This document shows positions 23,766-36,829 of a DNA stretch of 64,000 nucleotides, piece after piece. The DNA is from Eledone cirrhosa (lineage: Eukaryota), in NCBI GenBank assembly GCA_964016885.1, contig OZ024746.1:38874001-38938000 (forward strand). Reading direction: 5' to 3'. The stretch's first letter is position 1. Each line of letters begins with the position of its first letter. Below the pieces are notes generated by a model, which saw only the letters and a list, made by a program, of their open reading frames with translations, searched no databases and was not told where the DNA came from. The position numbers and the translations under genes are program-made.

Positions 23766-25112
23766 TTGACTGACTTATAGATAGAGGAGGAGGTGTGGGT
23801 GTTAGTTATAAAATGAACATGTGTCACTTTGATTAGTTATCAAGTATATGCAGGTAAATTCCTGCAGACACCTTTTAAACAAAGGTAAATTCATGTACGT
23901 ACTTGTCTGGATTAATTTAATTAAGGTTCAGTGTCTAAAGGAGATAGAGAGGGGTGTAAGTATTTCAAATCAGTTGGTACTCATAACACTTCTTTGTAAT
24001 AAGGATTTCAAACACTGACACAAAGCCACCCATTTTAGAGAAAAACAGTGTTAGTTAATTAAATTGAACCCTCCTTCCTCCTTCCTCACCCAACACATGA
24101 CTGGTACTTATTTTATCAATCTTTCCTTCCATAAAAATAGAAAGTAAAGTTAACCCAAGTAGGATTTGAACTCACTCAGGACATGAAATGGTGGAAATAA
24201 TTAATCTCCCATTCAATTAATTAATGAAGAATTTTGGGAGATTTACTAAAATTATTAATTATTTCTCTACTAAGACAGTAACTTAACATATGGTACTTTT
24301 ATAAAATTATATTAGAAGATTTAAACTTAAATAGGACCCTTTAAACTGGGGGAAGTGGGGGTCATAGAACCAGAGCGGGTTTAGGATTGACTGGTATCAA
24401 AAGTGTTAAATTTGTTTTACTTTGCCAGTTAAAAATCTGTGCAAAACAAGATAATAATGTTTTCTGATTTAGGCACAAGACTAACAATTCTGGGGGAGGG
24501 GAAAGTCAATTAAATTAACTCCAGTACTTTATTTTATTACCTTGTTGTAGTGCACCTGAGCACTTTACATAATAATTTTCATTGTTACTCATAGCAAAGC
24601 TAACATCGGCAGGATTTGAACTCAGAATATAAAGGAACATAACTCTATGCTGCAAAGTATGGTGTCCGATGCGCTACCAATTCTGCCAATTTCACTCACA
24701 AGGATTTGGTTAACCTCTGACTGTACAAGGACGGATTACAGCACAAAGTGGGGTTTACATCAAGTAAAAATTCGAAAATCAACAAAAACAATAAATATCA
24801 CTATGAATTTCCAAGAAAATTCTCCCAATAGGGAGAAAACCACCTAGAGTAATTTATGACATCCCACCCCTCAGATAAAATCCCAGATTACAAAGGCATT
24901 GAAAATGCCTTCTCCCAGTCCCCCCCCCCCTTCCTATCTTAGAAAAACATACCCAGGGTAGACCTACTTAGTCTCGTCAATCTTGCTGTTCTCACCTACT
25001 TTTCAGGAAACACTTTAGAGGCAGAATCTCCCATTCCATCCTCACTTTCTCTTCAAGAGGTACTTGAAGAAGTTAATAAGGGCTTGGCCAGAAAATAAAT
25101 ATTATAATAATA

Positions 25113-25470
25113 ATAATTGTTTCTACTTTTTGGCACAAGGCCAGCAATTACCCAGTACATAACTGGTACTTTATTTTATCGACCCCGTAAGGATGAAAGG
25201 CAAAGTTAACCTCGGCGGGATTTGAACTCAGATCATAAAGGGACATAACTATGCTAGAAAGCATGGCGTCTGACCCTCTACCGATACTGCCAATAATTGT
25301 TTCTACTTTTGGCACAAGGCCAGCAATTACCCAGTACATTACTGGTACTTTATTTTATCGACCTCTGTATGGATGAAAGGCAAAGTTAACCTCGGCGGGA
25401 TTTGAACTCAGATCGTAAAGGGACGTAACTATGCTGGAAAGCATATCCAACCCTCCACCGATACTGCCAA
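25113..25470 (-). mobile_element. two tandem family A SINEs
   Basis: Head-to-tail ~180-bp copies. Confidence 0.85.
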
Positions 25471-26016
25471 CAATAATAATAATCTACCAGGGCACTTGAT
25501 CGCTAAAAATATTAGCTACATGTCCCTCCCTATGCAAATCCCACCTCATCCTATAACAACAAATGCATAATGGATAATGTAATCCTAGATTCATTATCTA
25601 AATAAAAGTTGAGCTGATCAGGGCTAGAAAATTTTAAATTGTTGGTCTATTTGACCAGGGCGAACCTTGGATTAAATAAGAACAACAATTACAGAGGTCA
25701 ACTGTTAACAGTTAGAATGAGTTGTTTTTATTTTTTTTTTTCATTTTAAACCCAACACTGGCATTTTTATAAAACATGCACAAACATACATTGATATATA
25801 TGTGTATGTGAGTGTCAGATAGTCCTATATGAGCGGTCACTCGACCAACTTTGCCTCAAGTGGGACAACTTCCGTCTAGCCCATGCTAGCGTGGAAGATA
25901 GACGTTAAACGAAGATGATGATGATATATATACTCACATATATATATGTGTGTATATATATATAGATACATATATATATACACACACACATATATATGTG
26001 TGTGTGTGTGTGTGTG

Positions 26017-26067
<51 letters not shown>

Positions 26068-26271
26068 GTGTGCGTGTGTGTGCGTGTGTGTGAAATATGT
26101 AAGTTGTATACTGACAGCATAGCGCCATCTTGTGTGTTCCAACAGAAGCTAAGTACAGGCTTAGCTTCTACTGGAACACACTATATATATATATATATAT
26201 TTTACGTCCACTTTTTCCCTGCTTGCAAGGGTATGTATACCACTATGTAGGAGCACCAATAAAAATGTATG

Positions 26272-26307
<36 letters not shown>

Positions 26308-28469
26308 CATACATTTATATACATACCCTTGCAAGCAGGGAAAAAGTGGACGTAAAATGAAAAAATGAAATGATGTATTGTATATTGAATAATATATATA
26401 TGTACATGTTTTTTTTTTTACTCAGATTAGGTGTGTGACGTTTGACACAACCTTAAAATTCCATAGTGAATGTGTGTGTGTAGGTCAAATGTACAAGTTA
26501 ATCCACTAAGACCATTATAGACCATTATTCAACTTAGTATTCTATATTTACGGAAACTAGTGTCAGTATTATAAGAATGTTCTGCTCTTTGGTTAAGCTT
26601 AACTGCCAGGCAGAAAATCCTTATAATATACTGTATATATATATAAGAATAGGTAAGTGAGTGGGTCTATCCATATGTATTTGATCCAGATTATAGAAGT
26701 GTTGACAGCACCTGGCTGTTACTGGACAAGGGAGATTGAATAATTATATCTTTATATAGAATTCTCTTTGATCTTTAGTTCCAGTTCAAATTAATCTATT
26801 GTAAAACTACAACTAGTTGAGTAATTGTAAAAACTGATTGTTTTCTAATTCAGTCTCTTTTCTCTTTTCTTTTCTTTTTTTATTTTACCCCAAAGTATTG
26901 AATGTTAATAGAAGAGAGTTAGAACAATTAATGTCAAATGCAGGTGGCAAATTGGTAGAGTTGTTAGAATGTCGAATAGAATGCTTTATGGTATTGGTTT
27001 CGGCTCTCTGCTCTCTGAATTCAAATCCCGCCGAGATCAACTTTGCCTTTGATCCATTCATTGTCGATAAAAAAAGTACCAGTCAAGTACTGGGATCGAT
27101 TCTTTCTCTATATCTCATTCTCACTTCCATTTTCTCACTGTCTATACTTCTCTGATAGAAATCTGCTGTATTCAGACCTGGAAAGGGATGGGCTCTACCA
27201 GGTTTAAAATAATACTCTAGAAACGTTGTATGTCAATACAGCACTGCTACGACTCCCTCGGAGTTACAAGACCATACATATATACATAAAAGACAATTCT
27301 TTTTTGTAAAATTATGGTGTAGTGTTATTCCTTTCCCAATAAAGGCATTTGGACAATTATTTAAAGAGATGAAAGTCATTTAACCTTTGTCATAAATAAT
27401 GGATTACATCCATAAATTATTTGTATGGAAAAATTAATAAAACTTTCACTTTTTTTCAAGCTAAACTCTTTCACTTTGACCTGAAAGTTCCTGAATTCAA
27501 CTTGAAAATCACTACTGTTAAATATTTTCAATGTTGGTGGTCTGAAAATGAAGATGTATCCCCAAAACATCAATTGAGAAAAAAAAGTTATCATTGACAA
27601 TAGTTTTCCGTCGAAGTAAATCAAAATGAAATTCATTTGACATGCTTCACTCATTTACACACAAACAGTCATCATTAGAAGTAACAGAAGACCAACACAC
27701 GTAAGTGTGTGTGTGCAGGTATCCAAGTCTGTGTTTATGTTTACACTGATCTAAAGAAAGTGGTGCTATTTATATGAGAGTCCATTTATGTGTTGTAACT
27801 TAGCACTTGGACAAACAGAGATCTATAAAGTATGTATCAGATTGAAATAAGTCGTTAGGTTTATATGATTAACTGATGCTCTTGAAGGTTATATCCCTGG
27901 ATGACTACAGTTCGATGATTGAATCCCAAATAAGAATAAAAGAATACAAATATATGTATTTGTAAATGTGAGTGCGTGAATGGCTGTCATGTGTAAGGTA
28001 AACAGGCTTGTATAAGGAATAACCCTATTTACTTTTCATATCAAATATATCAAATATATCAAATTCTGCACACTTCTAGAACAAGGATATATTGAGTACT
28101 TTTATGTTCTTACATGAGAAAACAAACTAAAAAGAAACAATTACTATACACATACACACACACACATACCATACACACACACACATACACATGGGCGTGT
28201 GTGTGCTTGTGTTTACATACATATCCACATTATAAATCAGGTTAATATGTTAATGTGTATAAGTAAGATTATGCTTATATTTGTATTTATAAGTGTAGCC
28301 AATTTATGTTATATCATTCAGTTTAATGTATTTTTCTTCTTTTATTAGATTAACCAATAGACTTAGCCTACACCCATTCAGCTAGGAGCAATAGATATCT
28401 TAGAATACTTAATGTTTCTATGTATATATACTAAATAACTCTTACTTGACTTCACGGTTCAGTACTGAA

Positions 28470-28501
<32 letters not shown>

Positions 28502-28744
28502 TAGTGGATGGCTAAATCAATAGTATGGTATTTGGTTGTGTCTCTTTACATTTTGAGTTCAAATCATAGTTAATTACATGGTGATCTTTATCCTGGCAAA
28601 TCTGCTAAAATAAATGATGGTTGTGAAATAAATTGATATATTTGACTATTACACCCCCTGCAGATGTAACATGTTCACAGACCAATGAATTATAGCAGTT
28701 GAAAAGATGCCTGTTATATATATATATATCATCATTATCATCAT

Positions 28745-29072
28745 TTCATTTTACGTCTGCTTTTTCCCTGCTTGCAAGGGTGGGACGGGAACTGATTCTG
28801 GCTCGATTTCTACAGCTGGATGCCCTTCCTAACACTAACCTCATTTACAGTGAGTGCTAGGTGATTTTTTTGCCGTGGCACCTCCACGACCACTTTGCAG
28901 TGGAATGATAGGGACCCCAGTCCCTATCATCTCATTTCTACAGCTGAGTAAACTGGAGCAATGTGAAATAAAGTGTCTTGCTCAAGGAAACAACACATCA
29001 CCCTGTCTGAGAATTGAACTCACAACCTTTCGAATGAAAGGCCAATGCTCTAACCACTAAGCCATGTGCCTC
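28745..29072 (-). mobile_element. full-length tRNA-derived CORE-type SINE with RTE-derived 3' tail (family B)
   Basis: Minus strand has A-box TGGCTTAGTGG, B-box GAGTTCAATTC and CORE-like TCCTTGAGCAAGACACTT...CAGCTGTAGAAATG, followed by a GGAAGGGCATCCAG...GACGTAAAATGA tail as in the RTE 3'UTR. Confidence 0.8.
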
Positions 29073-29073
29073 C

Positions 29074-29115
<42 letters not shown>

Positions 29116-29251
29116 CTCTCTCTCTCTCTCTCTCTCACATATATATATAAAGTTACATCTGAATATATACAGAGTGGATAACCGAGACTACATATATATA
29201 TATATATATGCAGTCTCGTTTATCCACTCTGCATATATTCAGATATAACTT

Positions 29252-29288
<37 letters not shown>

Positions 29289-30090
29289 TAGCAGTCCACT
29301 CATGCCCAGGAAGATCATCACTGACTATTAAAAAGAATAGTGTTTTCAACAATGGATCTTTAAGCGTGCCAGACTTCTACAAGTCTTTTAGTAGGCCTTA
29401 CTAACACAGCTGCATGTGTACACATCTATATATATTCCCAGTTCTGTAACAGAACAGAATTGCATTCTAACATATAGTACTGTATCATTTTAATCTCCCA
29501 CTATATTTGCAGATCTTCCCACATTAACTGAATATGACACAATCTGATGTCATGTACCTCACTTACTGAAGTCAATGTTTTGTATTTAAGAAATTTAGTT
29601 CATTGGTGACTAACCAGACCAACCTTGGAAAGACATATATACAACCACAAACACCAAAACCCAAGTTCATCCCACCTATGTAAAAATTGTGAATTTTCAT
29701 GCAACTTGCTACAATTTTGTTTGAGGGATGAATACTTTTACAAAATCCTCTGCATCATTGTTTATCCCTTTTCCCCATTAGTGGCAATGGAAAATATTTA
29801 TCTACACATTCTTTTATTCTTTAACTGGTTTCAGTCATTAGACTACGACCATGTTGGGGCACCGCCTTAGAGAGATTTAGTTGATTACATCGATCCCCCA
29901 CCCACTACTTATTCTTTGAAATCTAGTACTTCTTTTATCAATCGCTTTCTCAAACTGCTAAGTTATGGGACATAAACAAATACAGACGTGGACACACATG
30001 CACACCCACAAACACAGACACATGCGCAGTCACACATACACATACACCCACATATATATATATATGTATTTATATATATATATATATATA

Positions 30091-30985
30091 CGAGGTGTGT
30101 CAGAAAGTTCCAGGACTGATGTCACAAAAGATTTATTTCAAACACAAACTTCACACTAAGAGTTTTCTCCTTCAAAGAAATCCCCCTGGAGTATGTAACT
30201 GCGACCTTAGCTCTCTGCAGCGATCAAACTTTTTTCTTCATAATTTTATGTACATGTCTTCTGTTTCAGGTCGTCAAGCAATGAGCACAGAGCAACGAAC
30301 AAACTTGAAAACTCCGTCAGAAGCACTGGGATTGCTGCAGCAAGTGTATGGAGATGAGACGATGTCACGCTCATGTGTTTTTGAGTGGTGCAAGAGATTT
30401 AAAGAAGAATGTGAGGATGTAGAAGATAACCCCAGGAGCGGAAGGTTTTCAACAACCAGGACTGGGGTCAATGTTGAGCGCATCAGGCAGATGTTGCATA
30501 GCGATCGTCGGCTGACTGTTCGACTGATGGCAAATGAACTGGGCATGAATCGGGACAGCGTCTGGAAGATTCTCACAGACGATTTGGACATGCGGAAAGT
30601 CTGCGCGAAGATGGTGCCAAAACTACTGAACGATGACCAGAAGGGTCGACACGTGCAAGTGTGCCAGGACATCCTCGAGCATCTTGAAACCAAACCAGAC
30701 TTGCTAGAGACAGTCATCACCGGTGATGAGTCATGGATCTTCGAGTATGACCCGGCGGGGACCCGTTTTGAAGACGTGGATGACATCAAAAAAGCCGTGA
30801 CGACGAAACTCCAGAAGATCCCGGAAGAATCCTTCCAGGAGTGTATGCAAGCGTGGCAGAAAAGGATGGAAAAGTGCATTAGACTCCAGGGGGATTACTT
30901 TGAAGGAGAAAACTTTTAGTGTGAAGTTTGGGTTTGAAATAAATCTTTTGTGACATCAGTCCTGGAACTTTTCTGACACACCTCG
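30091..30985 (+). mobile_element. internally deleted mariner (Tc1/mariner) transposon
   Basis: ~100-bp TIRs beginning CGAGGTGTGTCAGAAA, flanked by TA. Transposase motifs include the HTH region, RSGR, MVPKLL, ITGDESW and GDYFE. Confidence 0.95.
30281..30919 (+). pseudogene. mariner transposase lacking most of the DDD catalytic domain
   Basis: WIFEYDP is joined directly to AGTRFED; the second Asp and the YSPDLAPxD motif are absent, yet the frame stays open. Confidence 0.85.
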
Positions 30986-31602
30986 TATATATATATATAT
31001 ATAATGGGTTTCAACAGACATGGACAGACACACACACACACACACACATATGTACAATGGGTTTCCACATTGTTTCCATTCACCAAATTTTACTCATAAA
31101 GCATTGGTCAATCTGAAGCTATAATAGAAGACAGTTTTGCCCATGCAGTAGAACTGAACCAAAAACCATGTAGATGTAGAGCAGACTCCTTAAGCACACT
31201 CACATGCCAGTGTCTGCATACATGGATGGATTATTCCATAACTCCTGAGAGAGTTGTAGAGGCACTGTATTAATATATGGCGTTTCTAGTGCATTTTTAA
31301 ACATGGCAGAGCCCATCTCCTCTCCAGGTCTGAATACAGCATGTTTTTCCCAGAAAAGTATAGAGAGTGAGAGAATGGAAGTATAGAGAGTGAGAGAATG
31401 GAAGTATAGAGAGTGAGAGAATGGAAGTGAGCAAGAGATATAGAGGAAGAATTGAACCCAGTACTTGACTGGTACATTTTTTATTGACCCAGAATAGATG
31501 AAAAGCAAAGTTGACCTTGACAGGATTTGAACTCAGAGAGCAGAGAGTCAAAATGAATACCACAAATCATTCTATCCAATATTCCAATTGTACCTAAGTG
31601 CA

Positions 31603-31983
31603 AAGTGAAACCTACTACAGTCAGTAAGCGCCTCTAACAAAATACACCCCCATCCCACTACCCCCAGCCCCACCCCTTTCAATGTAAAGTTATGTTGGTA
31701 CCACAACATCCAGTCCGAAACAAATGAGGTCGTGTAGGTGTCCCGACAAAAAAACACACAGTCCACGCTGTAATGTGGCCGTGTAGGTAACACGGTAAAA
31801 ACCTCCCAGTTCCACACTGTAAACGTGGTTGGTGTTAAGAAGGGCATCCAGCCGTAGAAAACCCGCCAGACAGTCCTATGCGAGCAAGACAACCACTCTT
31901 GCCTCAAGTGGGAAAACTCCCGTCCAAACCCATGCGAGCGTGGAATATGGACGTTAAACGAAGATGATGATGATGATGATGAT
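31603..31983 (+). mobile_element. 5'-truncated RTE copy (3'UTR only)
   Basis: Closely matches 62158-62545 and ends in (GAT)n. Confidence 0.9.
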
Positions 31984-32452
31984 TCTAACAACATGATGTA
32001 AAAGTACAACCAATATGAAGAGACATTTGAGAATTAGATCAAGCAACGTATTCTATATTTAAGACAGTCATGTTTCTAGCTGTCAGATTGTCATTGAAGT
32101 GAATGGTCATCTGATGCCTTTGTCAGTGAATAGTACTTTACTGTTTAAATACACTGTTTTAACAACAACAACCTGTGACATACAGAAACAGTTGAAATAT
32201 GAAGAACACAAATACACTTGATTTACTTTGCCAATCACTTTACAGGAATGCTCAAATGAACATTAAAAACACAATCTAAAGTAAACTTAGAGAAATTAGT
32301 TGTTATAGTAATAATTGTTTCTAATTTTGGCACAAGGCCAGCAATTTTGGGGAGAAGGGAAAGTTGATTATATTGATCCCAGTACGTGATTGGTACTTTA
32401 TTTTATCGACCTCAGAAGGCTGGAAGGTAAAGTTGACTGTCTCAACTGAGGT

Positions 32453-32720
32453 TCCTTGAGCAAGACACTTTATTTCACATTGCTCCAGTTTACTCAGCTG
32501 TAGAAATGAGATGATAGGGCCTGGGGTCCCTATCATTCCACTGCAAAGTGGTCGTGGAGGTGCCACAGCAAAAAAAGCACCCAGCACTCACTGTACAATG
32601 AGGTTGGTGTTAGGAAGGGCATCCAGCTGTAGAAATCAAGCCAGAATCAGTTCCCGTCCCACCCTTGCAAGCAGGGAAAAAGCGGACGTAAAATGAAATG
32701 ATGATGATGATGATGATGAT
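32453..32720 (+). mobile_element. 5'-truncated family B SINE
   Basis: Near-identical reverse complement of 28745-28990, with a (GAT)n tail. Confidence 0.85.
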
Positions 32721-33149
32721 ATATGTATATGTATGTATATACATATTAATTCATTTATTATTAATAAAAGTTTAAAGCAAAGAATCGCTATTTTCACCTT
32801 ATTATGGGATCTTCTGAAACTAATATATATGTAATAAAAAATATTTGTGGGTAGGAAAAAGGGAAAAGTGCTCAATCTTGTGTAGGAGAGGTGATTTAGT
32901 ATTTATCAATGTTCATAATGAAACATACAATACACTACCTTAGGTGTCAAAGCCCAGTTATTATGTGTGTGAGTGTGTGTGTAGAGAGAGAGAGATGTGT
33001 AAAATCCCAACCGTGGTGCCAAGCAGTTTCGGCTTTCAGGATTTTACACATCTCTATACCCACTCTACATCTCCCCATGTATCATGTACTCATATGACTA
33101 GTGGTCTCCTTGGTCTCAGCACTGCAGACTCCCTCTCTCTCTCCCTATA

Positions 33150-33184
<35 letters not shown>

Positions 33185-33474
33185 CATCATCATCATCATT
33201 GTTTAACGTCCATCTTCCACGCTTGCATGGGTTTGGACGGGAATTTTCCCACTTGAGGCAAGATTGGTTGTCTTGCTCGTATACGAACTATATATATATA
33301 TATGTATATATCTATATATATATATATGAATAAAGTTAGTCCTTCATCAGTGATCTTCCAACCATCATTGGTATTTCAATCCTTTAAAGACCATATACCT
33401 CCGGTTGGTGCGAGCAACGGCTAAAGAAAGTCGTTGGGACACATAAATAAGGGGAACGAGTGAGAGTGTAAACA

Positions 33475-33553
<79 letters not shown>

Positions 33554-33585
33554 TAGAATTTCATTTTACATATGTATATATATAT

Positions 33586-33857
33586 TTCAAGAAATGACAA
33601 GACAAACAGAGAGATGCAAAAACACAGTATTATTAGTATCATGCTTACGAGGAAGTAGAGTTATCCCTCATTTCATCTATTTTGATAATGCTTATCTTTT
33701 CAACCTTTCATTCCCTACTTTTTCCTAACTTTACTCTTTCTTGATGTAAAGACTAATGTCCGATACATTGAAATATTGCTTTACCTTTATCAACACGTAT
33801 GAAACTAATAAGACTTTGTGTAATTGTATCTCTGTGTTTGTCTTGTTTAACATTGAA
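33586..33857 (+). mobile_element. short element with ~60-bp imperfect inverted ends and a central decayed hammerhead (33737-33773)
   Basis: Ends TTCAA..ACAAGACAAACA.. / ..TGTTTGTCTTGT..TTGAA. Internal TTTC-TTGATGTA-AAGAC-TAAT-GTCC-GATA-CATT-GAAA. Flanked by (TA)n. Confidence 0.6.
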
Positions 33858-34272
33858 CTATATATATATGGATCATCATCATCATCATCATTATCGTTTA
33901 ACATCCATCTTCCACGCTTGCATGGGTTTGGATATATATATATATATATATATATCTCATCATCATCATCAGTGTCATTTTAACGTCCACTTTCACTGCT
34001 TGCAAAGATACATATATATATATATGTAACCTATGTAACATATTAATTTATTGGTATTTTATTTGAGTGACCCGAATCTTCCTGGTCGTTCTTTTTCGGC
34101 TGCATGGGTGGTTTTAGGCATGTTCTCTATGTGTTGGTATTTTAACGATAGTTATAGCTCTGATTTATCCAAATTATTGAGCCCTCTGCCATGCATGTCG
34201 GATATTGTTTATCATGATTTCGTGGGCTGATATTCCGATTCTCGATTATTCTACTATATATATATATATATA

Positions 34273-34683
34273 GTTATACTTGGGGAGGGTCATATTTGTG
34301 TAATATTGCCAGAATTAATAACAGAACACACTCACTGTTTGGTTGGTTTTCGCTTCTCGTTGTCTTTTATATCTGTGATCTAACTTAATCGGTCCTCAAT
34401 GTTGCCATTGACTGACCGACGGTCAAAAATAATACAGATACAATATAGACACAAACACATATATATAGTTTATGTAAATTATGTAAACTATATATATGTG
34501 TTTGTGTCTATATTGTATCTGTATTATTTTTGACCGTCGGTCAGTCAATGGCAACATTGAGGACCGATTAAGTTAGATCGCAGATATAAAAGACAACGAG
34601 AAGCGAAAACCAACCAAACAGTGAGTGTGTTCTGTTATTAATTCTGGCAATATTACACAAATATGACCCTCCCCAAGTATAAC
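34273..34683. repeat. near-perfect 200-bp inverted repeat with 11-nt spacer
   Basis: Arms 34273-34472 and 34484-34683; one mismatch seen. Confidence 0.95.
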
Positions 34684-34796
34684 AATATTTGTTTCGACAC
34701 ACGATTTCATATAAAAAACCTCGCTAAACTATATATATATATACATACATATATGTAACATATATATATACATACAAATATGTAACATATATATAT

Positions 34797-34840
<44 letters not shown>

Positions 34841-34842
<2 letters not shown>

Positions 34843-35000
34843 ACACTGTAAATGTGGTTGGTGTTAGGAAGGGCATCCAGCCATAGAAAACCCGCCAGAC
34901 AGTCCTATGCGAGCAAGACAATCACTCTTGCCTCAAATGGGAAAACTCCCGCCCAAACCCATGCAAGCGTGGAATATGGACGTTAAACGATGATGATGAT
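34841..35000 (+). mobile_element. short RTE 3' tail insertion
   Basis: Matches 62377-62545. Confidence 0.9.
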
Positions 35001-35064
35001 ATATATATATATATATCATCATCATCATTATATATATATATATATGTATACACATATATATATA

Positions 35065-35232
35065 ACATATTTCCCAGCACCGCAGATGCTTCGTCCTCGA
35101 GGACACACCCTAATTTTGACAACCAAAATTAAAAAAAATAATAATAAACAACCTTCGGCCTCCAGAACGCATGGTAGATTTGTTAGACTTATTTTAAGAA
35201 AAAGGTAGTGTCTTCGATACCAGGAAATACGG
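35065..35232. mobile_element. decayed pogo/Tigger-like MITE
   Basis: The right end ...GGAAATACGG-TA pairs imperfectly with the left end ACATATTTCC..., in a TA context. Confidence 0.4.
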
Positions 35233-35289
35233 TATATGTGTGTGTGGGTATATACATGTATGTATGTATGGTATCCAATGTATGATGGT

Positions 35290-35612
35290 ATCCAATGATG
35301 TTGACTTGTTCTTCTTTTTGGTAAATATCATCTTGGTTAAGAGAGTGGGATTGGCTTTGTGCAGTGCCTTTGCTCACTATAAAAGCTTCACGGCACAGGC
35401 ATTGCTTTATATCTGGAGATCTCTCTGCACTTGTCACATGGTACCATGGGCCCAGCACTATGTGTCAATAACTGTCACAAGTGTAGTGTTTGTACCAGAG
35501 TTTTCAAGTCGCTGGCTGGACTAAAAAGTCACACTCATTCAGAGCATCGGTAGGGGTTCTCCTACATGGATATAAAGTAGTGGCCGTACTCGAAAACGAG
35601 TTGGCAGCCACC
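35290..35612 (+). mobile_element. LINE 3' fragment with C2H2 zinc finger (RTE-like)
   Basis: Frame reads HKCSVCTRVFKSLAGLKSHTHSEHR*, followed by a short UTR and a simple-repeat tail. Confidence 0.6.
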
Positions 35613-35877
35613 ATGTATGTATATATGTATGTATGTATATATATGGATGTATACATGTGTGTGTGTTTGAGTATATATGTATACTCACTAAGAAAGGTTG
35701 TTAGAAATGTATACATACAATTTTCATATAGTTATTACACACACACACACACGCACACGCACACGCACACACGCACACGCACACGCAAACACACACACAC
35801 ACACGCGCGCGCGAGCCATATAATTTCAATACTAAAGTTGCTTGCATTTAGTTGAATTTTAGGTCAGGTGGCTTCTC

Positions 35878-36393
35878 TGGTGGTGGTGGTGGTGAGGTGG
35901 GGTGTTGGCAGCAGTGGTAGTGGTGGTTGTTGGTGGGGGGGGGTGTATTGACAGCAGTGGTAGTGGTGGTTGTTGTTGTTGGTGGTGGTGGTGAGGTGGG
36001 GTATTGGCAGAAGTGGTAGTGGTGGTTGTTGTTGTTGGTGGTGGTGTTGGTGAGGTGGGGTAGTGGCAGCAGTGAAGTGATGGTTGTTGGTGGTGATGGT
36101 GGGGGTGGTGAGGTGGGGTATTGGCAGCAGTGGTAGTGGTGGTTGTTGTTGTTGGGGGTGTTGGTGGTGAGGTGGGGTATTGGCAGCAGTGGTAGTGGTG
36201 GTTGTTGTTGTTGGTGGTGGTGTTGGTGAGGTGGGGTATTGGCAGCAGTGGTAGTGGTGGTTGTTGTTGTTGGTGGTGGTGGTGGTGGTGGTGGTGGTGG
36301 TGAGGTGGGGTAGTGGCAGCAGTGGTAGTAGTGGTTGTTGTTGTTGGTGGTGGTGTTGGTGAGGTGGGGTAGTGGCAGCAGTGGTAGTGGTGG

Positions 36394-36425
<32 letters not shown>
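35878..36425. repeat. degenerate (GGT/GTT)n repeat with a ~55-65-bp higher-order unit
   Basis: Recurrent GTGAGGTGGGGTATTGGCAGCAGTGGTAGTGGTGGTTG. Confidence 0.9.
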
Positions 36426-36829
36426 GCTCCTCCTGTACAGTACCCCCCCCCCCCGAATACAGTAAGGAACAAGTATAGACTAGCTTCTTGTGTTAACAAG
36501 AAGAACAACAAAGGCAACAGCCAAAATAATAACAACAACACACTGGCAACAACTACTATGACCATGTTAGCAACAACAACAAGAAAAACAACAACTAAAA
36601 CACCAGCCACAACAACAATATAAAAAAAAAAGCTACAATCATAGCTCACTACACCTCACTTCAGCACACTAGATTCCATGATGGAGCTTCTATGTGGTTG
36701 ATCAACCTTCCAGAAATAGCTACTCTATCACTTTCATAAATAAGGAAAGCATATGCTAAATAATGTAGTCTTAAAGCAATGATATAGTTATGGTTTGGAT
36801 GCCTTTGATCATAACTGGGCTGTCACCTA

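Noticed and set aside
29000-29072. tRNA gene
   Set aside because: The A/B boxes are the head of a SINE that continues into CORE-like and LINE-tail sequence; no complete cloverleaf is evident.
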